Positions 9,279 through 18,348 are shown, numbered from the stretch's first letter. The stretch is 56,068 nt of DNA from an uncultured bacterium (GCA_903870365.1 CAIQCQ010000015.1:1-56068); one strand, 5' to 3'. Made by a program: numbers and translations. The notes: generated from the sequence alone by a model not told the origin.

Positions 9279-9928
9279 CTAACTCTGTTTACTCTTGTTT
9301 TCATCAGCCTTTTTATTAAACCTTTCTATTACATCACGGACAACGTCTTCAGGGAACAAAGAACGCATATCCACTATATATTTATAATATTTATTGTCCT
9401 CTTTAATATGCTCGTTTTTTTATAGTTTTTAATACACACTTCCACCATATCTCTAAGTATTTTTTTCACTACACTCTCCGGCGCCGAAAAGAATGGCTGT
9501 CCATCCAAATATTTTTCTTCCTGAATAAGAGCATCCTCAGATAAAATCGTCGGATCTGTAACCCTGACTTCTATACCTCCAGGAATTCTATAAACTGGAA
9601 TAACTTCGAAGCGCTCTACTTTCTTTATATTCAGGGCAAATTTCGGACGTTCGTGTCTTTTGAGCATGGAATAAGTCAGTGTCCAATTATCCGCATCCCA
9701 GGCCCCGTGCTTTTCTACAAGATCCTTAAGTATTGGCTCAAGTTTCCAAAAATCCTCTTCCTGAACATAAATGTCTATATCTTGATTCTCTCTTATATAT
9801 TTTCCATTTATCCCGGCTACTCCAACACCTCCAAATACCCAGTATTTGATTCCAGCATTAGAGATTGCAGGCAACACTTCTTCAAAAACTGGCCCTAGAT
9901 GTTCATTGATTTTTTGTGTAGTTTCCAT
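9279..9928 (-). pseudogene. Pol-beta-type nucleotidyltransferase (ANT(2'')/LicD-like), apparently frameshifted at an A7 run (9415-9421)
   Basis: YWVFGGVG...RENQDIDIYV motif; the -1 frame continues NEHIKEDNKYYKYIVDMRSLFPEDVVRDVIERF...* to TAG at 9279. Confidence 0.6.
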
Positions 9929-9995
9929 TTTCTAAATAGTGATTTATTTCAAAAATAATACTTCTTAAGAACCTAATTGTACCAAACTTACGAGC

Positions 9996-10073
9996 TGGAA
10001 TAGGAGTAGGTGTCAGAGTAGGTGCAGAGTAGGTGTCAGGTACCGTTTTTTAAAATAAAATTCTGAACAAAGC
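9996..10073. repeat. Cassette-boundary repeat copy A (44-bp core plus ragged TAGGTGTCAG mini-repeats)
   Basis: 10030-10073 is identical to 10676-10719. Confidence 0.9.
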
Positions 10074-10167
10074 TGGCCGTCTGGTATGACGTAGGAACAG
10101 CTACGGCCCTATCAAGGCCTTAATTTAAAAACTAGACTAACAATTCTCTATCGAAGCTGGAACCTAT

Positions 10168-10608
10168 TTAGTTCTGGTTATTGTTTAATTCTACTGGAGA
10201 AGTTGTCCTCTTCGAGCCACGGTAATATTTGATAGCATTTATTCCACCAACTATCAATCCTAGTATTAGCACTGTATGCACAACTACCGCTGCTAATGCA
10301 CCAAAAACTAAACCAATGACAAGACCTATAAGACCCATGTCACTGGAAGCAACGAAAGATACAGTTCCTGCTTCGAAAATACCTATCAGGAAAAGTAGAA
10401 GGTTCCGTCTGAAACGAACTCTCGGATCAGGATTGCTATAGAGAAAATATTCTATTATTAGAATTACTAACAAAAAAAATATCGCTGGAAGCCCATAAGT
10501 AAAAAGAAGTAGAATTGCTAATATCAGTGTAGCGATGCTGAAAATCTTGCCTTTAGCCGTAGCCCAGTATTTTTTCCATTGAACAAAAAGGTCTATGTAG
10601 TAGTTCAT
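10168..10608 (-). CDS. Hypothetical multi-pass membrane protein (cassette-like)
   Basis: 146-aa hydrophobic ORF between the two 44-bp repeats. Confidence 0.7.
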   Translation of the reverse strand: MNYYIDLFVQWKKYWATAKGKIFSIATLILAILLLFTYGLPAIFFLLVILIIEYFLYSNPDPRVRFRRNLLLFLIGIFEAGTVSFVASSDMGLIGLVIGLVFGALAAVVVHTVLILGLIVGGINAIKYYRGSKRTTSPVELNNNQN

Positions 10609-10634
10609 ACTTCAATTATTACAGTTATTCTGAT

Positions 10635-10719
10635 TGGAATAGGTATCAGGAATAGGTGGAAATAGGTGTCAGAAATAGGTGTCAGGTACCGTTTTTTAAA
10701 ATAAAATTCTGAACAAAGC
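10635..10719. repeat. Cassette-boundary repeat copy B
   Basis: Same 44-bp core TAGGTGTCAGGTACCGTTTTTTAAAATAAAATTCTGAACAAAGC with different mini-repeat expansion. Confidence 0.9.
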
Positions 10720-10724
10720 CGGGA

Positions 10725-10872
10725 GACCTGGATTCGCCACGCGACTCAAAATTTTCCGTCAAAAATTTTGGTCTGTGCACCGCCTCGCGAACGGACACTG
10801 GTGTGTCCGGCTTCGCCGCTCCGGCGGTTCGAATCCAGGTCCACGTGTAAAAAATACCTTCGGTATATTTTT
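10725..10872. repeat. tRNA-Gln-associated element (direct + inverted copies of tRNA 3' end around a two-hairpin core)
   Basis: 10725-10736 = 10880-10891; 10826-10842 = reverse complement of 10879-10895. Confidence 0.85.
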
Positions 10873-10873
10873 G

Positions 10874-10944
10874 CTACGGGACCTGGATTCGAACCAAGAT
10901 AAATGCCTTCAGAGGGCATTGTCCTACCATTAGACGATCCCGTA
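10874..10944 (-). tRNA. tRNA-Gln(CUG)
   Basis: TACGGGA/TCCCGTA acceptor, ATGCC-CTCTGAA-GGCAT anticodon arm, GGTTCGAATCC; CCA not encoded. Confidence 0.95.
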
Positions 10945-10984
10945 ATGTCTCACCACAATACCTGAAAAATCAATATTTTTCAAC

Positions 10985-11037
10985 AAAAAAGCGCCGGGAA
11001 CTCATGCACCCTGGGGTGCATGAGTTCGGCAAGCGCT
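10985..11037 (-). terminator. Long GC-rich intrinsic terminator
   Basis: GAACTCATGCACCC/GGGTGCATGAGTTC stem plus U-run on the minus strand. Confidence 0.7.
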
Positions 11038-11197
11038 TCGAGTGCCCCATGAGAACACTCAATGATCATGATTTTTTTGCCATGAGCAAGGTTTCCATGC
11101 ATCGTGTTCCCGTATTCCATGATCAAAAAAAGGGAGGGATTTACAGAACCGTGGATACCAGAGAGTATTCTACTAGAAAGTACCTTTTATACAAGTT

Positions 11198-12922
11198 TTA
11201 CTTCGCCTTATTTTTCAAACAAGCCTGCACAAATGCAGTAAACAGCGGGTGCGGACTGAGTGGTCGGGCCTTTAATTCTGGGTGAAATTGCGAGCCGAGG
11301 AAAAATGGATGGACTGACTTTGGTAATTCAGCAATTTCCATCAATCGTCCGTCTGGCGAGGTGGCAGAAAAAACCATCCCTCCATGTTCAATCTCTGCAA
11401 TGTACTCTGGACTGACTTCATAGCGATGACGATGTCGTTCAGAAATCTTACCACCAACACTTTCTGTCCCATAGGCCTTTTCAGCAATGGTGCCCTTTTT
11501 CAAAAAAGCTGTGTAGGCACCGAGGCGCATACTGGCTCCGTACTTCCCTGCTTCAAGCAACTTCTTTTGTTCTGGCATGATGTCGATGACCAGGTGTTCT
11601 GCTTTTGGATTGATCTCTGCAGTGTTGGCATCTTTCCAACCAAGAACGTTGCGACAGTATTCAATGACCGCCAGCTGCATACCATAACACAAACCAAAAT
11701 ACGGTATTTTGTTTTCTCGCGCAAATTTAATAGCCATGATCACCCCTTCTATCCCCGACTCACCAAACCCACCAGGGACGATCACCCCATCAAAGTTTTT
11801 TAATTCAGATATTTTTTTCGGACTTGTCTCATACTCTTTCGAATTGATCCAAGTCAATTTTGTTTTTGCGCCACTGGCCCACGACGAAAATTTGACCGCC
11901 TCAATGACCGACAAATATGCATCAGACAAGACAAAGTCCCCTGTATCAAAATATTTACCAATCACGGCAATCTTTAATTCTTTCTTGGTATTCTTGCGTC
12001 GAGCGACCATAGCACGCCACTGTACCAAATCTTTTTGTCGAGCCTGAATACCAAAATGTTCCAGCACACGTTCACTCAAGCCATCATTCTCAAAGTTTAT
12101 TGGTACATCATAAATACTTTCAATATCTGGCGCAGAGATCACATTGTCCACCGGCACGCCAGTCGACAGAGCAATCTTTTCTTTACGTTTATGGTCGAGC
12201 GGTATATGACTACGAGCAATAATCATGTCTGCGTTGATACCATACGAGTTGAGCTGTCGCACTGCGTTTTGTGTTGGCTTGGTTTTCATTTCTCCCAATG
12301 TTCCGGGGACCGGTAAGTACGACACCACCACAAACATGACGTCCTTGGGATGCTTGAGTCTGAGCATACGAGCTGCTTCAAGGAAAATGGCGTTCTGATA
12401 TTCACCGACAGTGCCACCAATTTCAAAAATAGTTATTTCAGAATCTGTCTTTTCGATCGAGGCTTTGATGCGGCGCAAGATCTCTTCGGTGATGTGATAG
12501 ACCGGCTCAACGCATTTACCCTTGTAGCCAAGTGCTCGCTCTTTATCGATAACATATTTAAAGACCATACCGTTGGTCATATAGTTTTCTGGGAGGAGTG
12601 ATTTGTTGAGAAATCGTTCGTAGTTACCCATGTCCTGATCAGTCTCCAGTCCAGAATCTAAAACAAAAACCTCACCGTGCTCAGTGGGGTTCATGGTACC
12701 TGCATCGACATTTAAATATGGATCTGCTTTGATGAGGCTGACACGGAAACCTTTTGACTGGAGGATGGTACCAATGGATGCAGTAGTCACCCCTTTTCCC
12801 ACACCTGACATCACACCGCCGACGACAAAGATGTATTTATGAGTATGTGTATCTTTTGTACTGGTCGTGCGGGTTGTGGCAGTTTTTTCCTTGTCTGTTT
12901 TTTTGGTATTTTTTTGTGGCAT
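11198..12922 (-). CDS. pyrG: CTP synthase
   Basis: GGVMSGVGKG, DPYLNVDAGTMNP.EHGEVFV, KTKPTQ, GLCYGMQ, QFHPE. Confidence 0.98.
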   Translation of the reverse strand: MPQKNTKKTDKEKTATTRTTSTKDTHTHKYIFVVGGVMSGVGKGVTTASIGTILQSKGFRVSLIKADPYLNVDAGTMNPTEHGEVFVLDSGLETDQDMGNYERFLNKSLLPENYMTNGMVFKYVIDKERALGYKGKCVEPVYHITEEILRRIKASIEKTDSEITIFEIGGTVGEYQNAIFLEAARMLRLKHPKDVMFVVVSYLPVPGTLGEMKTKPTQNAVRQLNSYGINADMIIARSHIPLDHKRKEKIALSTGVPVDNVISAPDIESIYDVPINFENDGLSERVLEHFGIQARQKDLVQWRAMVARRKNTKKELKIAVIGKYFDTGDFVLSDAYLSVIEAVKFSSWASGAKTKLTWINSKEYETSPKKISELKNFDGVIVPGGFGESGIEGVIMAIKFARENKIPYFGLCYGMQLAVIEYCRNVLGWKDANTAEINPKAEHLVIDIMPEQKKLLEAGKYGASMRLGAYTAFLKKGTIAEKAYGTESVGGKISERHRHRYEVSPEYIAEIEHGGMVFSATSPDGRLMEIAELPKSVHPFFLGSQFHPELKARPLSPHPLFTAFVQACLKNKAK

Positions 12923-13118
12923 ATTACTTGTATTCGTTTGTATGTCTCATTGTAGTACAAACTACGAAAAATATACTAAAAAAGTGTTGAAAAACTAAAA
13001 AAATAGACTATTTCAACACAAATTTTAGATAAAATCAGGAAAAAATGAACAAAAAAATTAATATATACGCAAACAGCCAAATCCCAATGGATTTGGCTGG
13101 AACAAAAATCCTATTTCT

Positions 13119-13352
13119 CTAAGGGACAAAGAAGCCGGACTCGGGTTGATAAACCTTGATTAAAAACATTCCGCCAATATCGCCCCCCTTTACAACATGC
13201 TGTGCACAGAGATCCTGTTCTGTATCGTCTGAAAAACACACACAACCCTTTGGTAGAGAGTAGCGACCCACTGCCAATGCACAACCATGTCTACATGGAA
13301 CTTCTTTTTCTTCAACAGGAATAGCGACACCCTGCACTATCATACTCGTCAT
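13119..13352 (-). CDS. Small Cys/His-rich hypothetical protein (possible Zn-binding)
   Basis: CRHGC...CVC...CAQH; GGAGG upstream; terminator hairpin ~13074-13099 downstream. Confidence 0.7.
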   Translation of the reverse strand: MTSMIVQGVAIPVEEKEVPCRHGCALAVGRYSLPKGCVCFSDDTEQDLCAQHVVKGGDIGGMFLIKVYQPESGFFVP

Positions 13353-13410
13353 AAATAGCCTCCACCAAAATACTACGTCAAAACTCCTTAAAAGAAAAGG
13401 TTAGAGAGAA

Positions 13411-14337
13411 TCAGACTTTCAAATGCTTTCGTGCGGCAAGATATGAAGAAAAGGCACCAATGAACACCCCAGAGAATACAATGATACAAAAGATCTGACC
13501 AAAGTTTGATACATAGTAACTAAAAATATTGAGACCAATGAAAAAGTTTTGTGTCACACGACCCAGCCATAAAGTGATCGGCCAAAAGAGTACAAGTGTA
13601 ATGATGGCAGAAAAGAGTCCGTACATAGCACCAGAGATGACAAACGGTCCGCGGATATATGTCCGACTGGCACCAACCAGACGCATCACAGAAATTTCAT
13701 CTTTGGACATAAAGATGGACAAACGAATCGTGTTGTAGGTGATAAGAATAGAAATCGCCACAAGAAACATGGTCAAAGCAAAACCGAGACGATTTGCAGA
13801 ATCAATCAACCGATTAAGTGCATCAATAGCATCTTTGTTTTGATAATAGTTGACCTTGTCAACAATACTCGCGCCGTTAGCAGACAAGGCACTTGAACTT
13901 TGCAAGAACTGAGCAATACCTTCGTACTGTGAGGGATCTTTGGCTTTGACATTGAGTGATGCTTCGAGTGGATTTGTTCCAAGCTCATCAAGGGCCTGTA
14001 GGGTAAACTGATCATTCTGATGTTTTGTTTTAAAATCACTCAAAGCCTGGTCAGCTGATGTATAGGTGACTGATGAAACCTCTGGTAAAGCTTGGAGTGA
14101 TTTATCTACAGCCATAATGTCGTCCTCTGACGCTGATTGAACAAAGTAGACATTGACGTCAACTTTGTTTTTTATTTCCTGCAAACTAGATTTGAGGATG
14201 GCACCGAGAAAAATAGTACCAAGTATCACAGATAGAGTAATGATCATGACCAACATACCAGAAAAAGATACGAAACCATTACGCCAAAAACTATAAAAAC
14301 CCGAGCGTGCTATTCTTTTGACTTTGGTCCAAAACAT
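13411..14337 (-). CDS. ftsX: Cell division permease FtsX
   Basis: NTIRLSI...EISVMRLVGA...IRGPF; downstream of ftsE. Confidence 0.93.
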   Translation of the reverse strand: MFWTKVKRIARSGFYSFWRNGFVSFSGMLVMIITLSVILGTIFLGAILKSSLQEIKNKVDVNVYFVQSASEDDIMAVDKSLQALPEVSSVTYTSADQALSDFKTKHQNDQFTLQALDELGTNPLEASLNVKAKDPSQYEGIAQFLQSSSALSANGASIVDKVNYYQNKDAIDALNRLIDSANRLGFALTMFLVAISILITYNTIRLSIFMSKDEISVMRLVGASRTYIRGPFVISGAMYGLFSAIITLVLFWPITLWLGRVTQNFFIGLNIFSYYVSNFGQIFCIIVFSGVFIGAFSSYLAARKHLKV

Positions 14338-14424
14338 AATGGATTGAATAATGAAGTACGAATCACGATGTACGAATAATACAAAGATTTTTTCGTAATT
14401 CTTATTTCGTTATTCTTTATTCTA

Positions 14425-15105
14425 TCATACCATGTACTTCCCCTTCTTATCATCTCGAATAATCTTACCGTTTTCCATAGTGATCACTCGTTTACCCAGA
14501 GAGTCGATGACCGCTTTGTTGTGAGTGGTCAATATGACTGTGGTACCAAGATCATTGATCTTTTTTAAAATCTGGACGATATCATTGGTATTCATCGGGT
14601 CCAAATTTCCTGTTGGCTCATCGGCAATCACCACGTCTGGCTGATTAACGATCGCGCGAGCGATAGCTACCCGCTGCTGTTCACCACCAGATAGTTCGTG
14701 AGGGAAATTCCATATTTTTTTAGCCAAATCAACGAGTTCAAGCACATGTGGTACATCAGACTCTATCTCCTCGTCTGTCCGACCAGCGGCTTCCATGGCA
14801 AAGGCAATATTTTCATACACAGTCTTGTTTGGCAGAAGACGAAAATCTTGAAAGACAGTACCAACCTTGCGACGAAATTCATTTATCTCTTTCTTTTTTA
14901 ATTTTTGAATATTTGTATCATTAAAAAAAACCGCGCCATCTGTTGGTTTTTCTTCGGCTAAAAACATTTTAATCAATGTTGTTTTACCCGCACCAGAATG
15001 TCCGACAATGGAAACAAATTCATTTGGCTCGACACTAAAAGAAATGCCTTCTAGAGCAACTGAACTGTCGGAATATATTTTAGAGACATTATCAAAGAGG
15101 ATCAT
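14425..15105 (-). CDS. ftsE: Cell division ATPase FtsE
   Basis: GHSGAGKTT, VFQDFRLL, LSGGEQQRVAIARA, ADEPTGNLDP. Confidence 0.95.
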   Translation of the reverse strand: MILFDNVSKIYSDSSVALEGISFSVEPNEFVSIVGHSGAGKTTLIKMFLAEEKPTDGAVFFNDTNIQKLKKKEINEFRRKVGTVFQDFRLLPNKTVYENIAFAMEAAGRTDEEIESDVPHVLELVDLAKKIWNFPHELSGGEQQRVAIARAIVNQPDVVIADEPTGNLDPMNTNDIVQILKKINDLGTTVILTTHNKAVIDSLGKRVITMENGKIIRDDKKGKYMV

Positions 15106-15203
15106 CCCGTTAGAGTTTTATTGAATAAATATAACATTGTAAATATTGTACTACAGACCAGAATCTTCTATCCACAAAAAGAGTTTCGTAAAACTCTAAC
15201 GGG
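15106..15203. mobile_element. MITE-like element copy 2
   Basis: 15-bp perfect TIR CCCGTTAGAGTTTTA/TAAAACTCTAACGGG; ATCAT target duplication on both sides. Confidence 0.85.
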
Positions 15204-15249
15204 ATCATATACCACCATTATACCGCTTTTCTATTATTCGGGCAAAGAA

Positions 15250-16146
15250 TTACAGCCCTTTTTCTGCTTCTAAAAATTCATCAATTTCCCCTTCATTTAA
15301 AACTTTATCCACTTGAGCTGTTTCCACATTTGTTCGATGATCTTTGACCATTTTGTACGGGTGCAACACATACGAGCGAATCTGACTCCCCCACTCGATC
15401 TGTGTTGTTTTAGAAATATACATTCCTTTTTCTTTGGCCACGCGTTCTTTTTCCATGGCGGTAAAAATCTTTCCTTTCAAAATACTCAAAGCTTTTTCTT
15501 TGTTCTGAGCCTGACTGCGTTCATTGTCACTGGCTGCAGCCAGACCGGTGGGAAGATGAACTACACGTACGGCAGTCTCACGCTTGTTGACGTTTTGACC
15601 ACCAGGACCCGATGACCGAGACAACTCTACCTTGAGATCTTTTTCATCTAGTTCGATTTGATTTTCATGTGTCTTTTCAAATTTCGGAATAACCTCTACC
15701 ATAGAAAATGATGTTTGACGTTTGCTGTTGGCATTGAACGGCGAGACACGGACTAGTCGGTGCACACCTGATTCATTTTTAAGGGTTCCATACACGCCCT
15801 TGCCTTTTATTTCAATAGTCACATTTCTGTAGCCACCATGATCGTTTTCATTTTGATGAATAAAAGTGACTCCAAACCCTCGTCGTTCAAAAAACTTTGT
15901 ATACATATGTAACAACATGGCCGAAAAATCTTCGGCATCGTCTCCTCCCGCACCGGAAAAAATAGTCATGACCGCGTCCCCTTTGTCATACACTCCACCA
16001 CCTTCTATTTCTGTTTTTAATTCTTGTATCCGCTTGATAGCGGCCTGAGCTTTTTCTTTGTCCGCCCAAAAATCAGCAGAGACCATGTCGGCTTCTAGTC
16101 GAGCTAGTTCCGCTTCTAATATTGTTTTCTTTTCATCTGCAGACAT
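15250..16146 (-). CDS. prfB: Peptide chain release factor 2 (short form, no programmed frameshift)
   Basis: SPF motif (RLVRVSPF) and GGQ; start at MSADEKK. Confidence 0.92.
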   Translation of the reverse strand: MSADEKKTILEAELARLEADMVSADFWADKEKAQAAIKRIQELKTEIEGGGVYDKGDAVMTIFSGAGGDDAEDFSAMLLHMYTKFFERRGFGVTFIHQNENDHGGYRNVTIEIKGKGVYGTLKNESGVHRLVRVSPFNANSKRQTSFSMVEVIPKFEKTHENQIELDEKDLKVELSRSSGPGGQNVNKRETAVRVVHLPTGLAAASDNERSQAQNKEKALSILKGKIFTAMEKERVAKEKGMYISKTTQIEWGSQIRSYVLHPYKMVKDHRTNVETAQVDKVLNEGEIDEFLEAEKGL

Positions 16147-16180
16147 GCGTCGAGTATAACAAAAATAGCCATGTTGGTAC

Positions 16181-16302
16181 AAAAAAACCGCCAGGCACCC
16201 CCGGAGAAAGGGTGCTGGCGGTTTACCCATACTGGGTCAAGTCTGAATGCACAGCTCGGAGGAGTGCCGTGTATTCAGGTCTCTTAATTACAAGACTAGT
16301 AT
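16181..16302 (-). ncRNA. Candidate orphan structured small RNA with own promoter and terminator
   Basis: TTGGCA-16-TACACT upstream, CTGAATACACGGC/GCTGTGCATTCAG stem, terminator CCGCCAGCACCC/GGGTGCCTGGCGG + U7. Confidence 0.45.
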
Positions 16303-16422
16303 AAGTGTATACCCTACCTACTACGTGCCAAACAAAAAAGTGAACTACCTCGAAAATTTTATATATACATATTATTTGAATTTATAATCAGAAAATATTT
16401 TTATTTCTTTTTTTAATCGATG

Positions 16423-16495
16423 AGCCATCTCCCGGACTTGAACCGGGCACCTACCCCTTACGAAGGGGTTGCTCTACCAGATGAGCTAAGATGGC
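16423..16495 (-). tRNA. tRNA-Thr(CGU)
   Basis: GCCATCT/AGATGGC, ACCCC-TTCGTAA-GGGGT, GGTTCAAGTCC. Confidence 0.95.
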
Positions 16496-16511
16496 ATTAT
16501 TTATTTTGATT

Positions 16512-16592
16512 GAGAATCGGACCCTTACGAAGCCGTAACACAGCTTCTCACTACTTTACAAAAGCAGTGTTCTGCCACTGAACTATTTTGGC
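16512..16592 (-). pseudogene. Rearranged tRNA-Thr(UGU)-like pseudogene
   Basis: Intact 5' half GCCAAAATAGTTCAGTGGCAGAACACTGCT-TTTGTAA-AGTAG, extra hairpin, T-loop GGGTCCGATTCTC, but no 3' acceptor strand. Confidence 0.65.
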
Positions 16593-16733
16593 GAGCGAGG
16601 AGCGAATAAAGGATACTTCGTTCATATCGTCCGAGTGAGGCCAAAATATGAGAGGTACTCCTGCTCTTATTTTGGCGGGTATATAAAAACACTAGCTTGC
16701 CTAGTGTATCAAAAAATAAGTATTACGAAAATC

Positions 16734-17054
16734 TTACACAAATCGCTGCTTCATACGACTCATGGTAAACACCGTCACATTACGCACAAACAAACCACAC
16801 GCCAAAAGTGCAGATACCACCAATAATTTGACTGTCGTATGCGTTTTTAAAAATGCATCAATAAAAAAAGCATACGAGCCTCTGGTCAACATAATATTTG
16901 AAATAACATGTGGTACAGAGACTAACAGTGACAACAAAAAAGAAAATACCCCGAGAGCAAAAATCTCCCCGACAAAAGGGCTTCGTAATCTCCGAATGAT
17001 GTACAGCAGATAGACGCCAAACATCGTTCTTCCCTTCAATGTGAGTTGTGTCAT
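16734..17054 (-). CDS. Small 2-TM protein, putative anti-sigma partner
   Basis: ATGA overlap with the ECF sigma gene; hydrophobic. Confidence 0.65.
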   Translation of the reverse strand: MTQLTLKGRTMFGVYLLYIIRRLRSPFVGEIFALGVFSFLLSLLVSVPHVISNIMLTRGSYAFFIDAFLKTHTTVKLLVVSALLACGLFVRNVTVFTMSRMKQRFV

Positions 17055-17617
17055 ATATGTTTTAGAAGAGATTCCCGTGCCAAAACAATTCTGAATGATT
17101 GTTTGGCCCTGTGAATACGCGAACGAACAGCAGAGACAGTCATGTGTTCCTGCTCGGCAATTTCTTTTTGACTTTTTTCTTCAAAGAAATACAGCCGCAA
17201 GAAACGAGACAAACCATGTGGCATCCTGGACATAACCACATGTACATACGAATGATCAACTGGAACCACAGACTCTACCACACCCATACTATCCAAATCA
17301 GCAAAATCAAAACCCTGGACAATCCTTGCTTTATTTCTTCGAGCTACTTCATCATAACAAGTGTTAATCAAAATCTTGTATGCCCATGAACGAAAACTAG
17401 CCTGTGGACGTTCAGAAAATTGTTCAGCATGCTTATATATTTTCAAAAAAGTATCCTGTACAACATCCTCAGCTAATTCCTGTGACTTGAGAATACTCAA
17501 GCTCTTTCGCAAAAAAGCTTTTTGATATCGTCCAACGATAACACTAAACAACCACGGCTTGACTGTCGACTGTTTGAGAACAAGAGCATCAGTAAGTGTG
17601 TGATTGTTATGTTTCAT
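17051..17617 (-). CDS. ECF RNA polymerase sigma factor
   Basis: AEDVVQDTFLK, SFRSWAYKILINTC, S.KEIA...AVRSRIHRAK. Confidence 0.92.
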   Translation of the reverse strand: MKHNNHTLTDALVLKQSTVKPWLFSVIVGRYQKAFLRKSLSILKSQELAEDVVQDTFLKIYKHAEQFSERPQASFRSWAYKILINTCYDEVARRNKARIVQGFDFADLDSMGVVESVVPVDHSYVHVVMSRMPHGLSRFLRLYFFEEKSQKEIAEQEHMTVSAVRSRIHRAKQSFRIVLARESLLKHI

Positions 17618-17767
17618 GGTAACAAGCAAATATGATGGTAAGGGCATAGAGCGCAGGGTTTAATGCGCTCCGGCCATTGGTATAACCATTGGTTTATAAT
17701 ACGACCCTTTCATATAGTATAACGTCCATAATATACAAAATGTTGCATACAAGTTTACTACCACATA

Positions 17768-18346
17768 TTAAAACTGATATATGTACACCTTTTGTCCAAG
17801 TGTGTGCGGTGGACGATCAAGCTGAATGACTTCCACAGGTTGTTTATTGCTAAATTTAAAATCCACTGAGTAGAGCTTCGCTCCTGGTTGCAACTGTTTT
17901 TCAAATTGGGGTAATAAAGCATCCATTAATTTTGGAAACAACTAGGTAATGACAATGGTCGCATCAGTCACATCTGTGGTAAATACATCTCCACGAATAA
18001 TACGGATAGACTGTGGTGAAATATGCCGAACCTTCCATTGAGCCAAAAGATACGGGACGAATCCCCGATCAACACCTACGTACTTTCCTGTTCTATACAC
18101 ACGATACAACTCATACAAAATCCGCCCATCACCACAACCAAGATCATACACAACAGATTGAGTGTCTAAGTGAATATGTTTGACCAACCCACTGACCGCA
18201 TCAGACGGTAGTGGGACAAATGGTGCTGAGGGTTTACCAATACCAGTTATCTCGAAGAAAAAAGTGGCCAAAAGAAAAAAGAGTACACAAAAAAGTACGA
18301 GACAAATAAAAATGAGAATAATACTATAGAAAAAAATAGGAAACAT
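17768..18346 (-). pseudogene. Class I SAM methyltransferase interrupted by in-frame TAG (17942-17944)
   Basis: APFVP, VYDLGCGDGRIL; after TAG the frame continues LFPKLMDALLPQFEKQLQPGAKLYSVDF...YIYQF*. Confidence 0.8.
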
Positions 18347-18348
18347 TG

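Noticed and set aside
9996-10719. CRISPR array
   Set aside because: Only two 44-bp repeats, ~600 bp apart with a gene between; no cas genes.
16147-16230. Longer prfB start from the ORF track
   Set aside because: The extension translates a terminator hairpin and promoter; no RF2 similarity.
17942-17944. Stop-codon reassignment (TAG or TGA recoding, code 25)
   Set aside because: TAG, TGA and TAA all end conserved genes at expected positions (e.g. ftsH TAG, ftsE/smpB TGA), and long ORFs translate cleanly in code 11.
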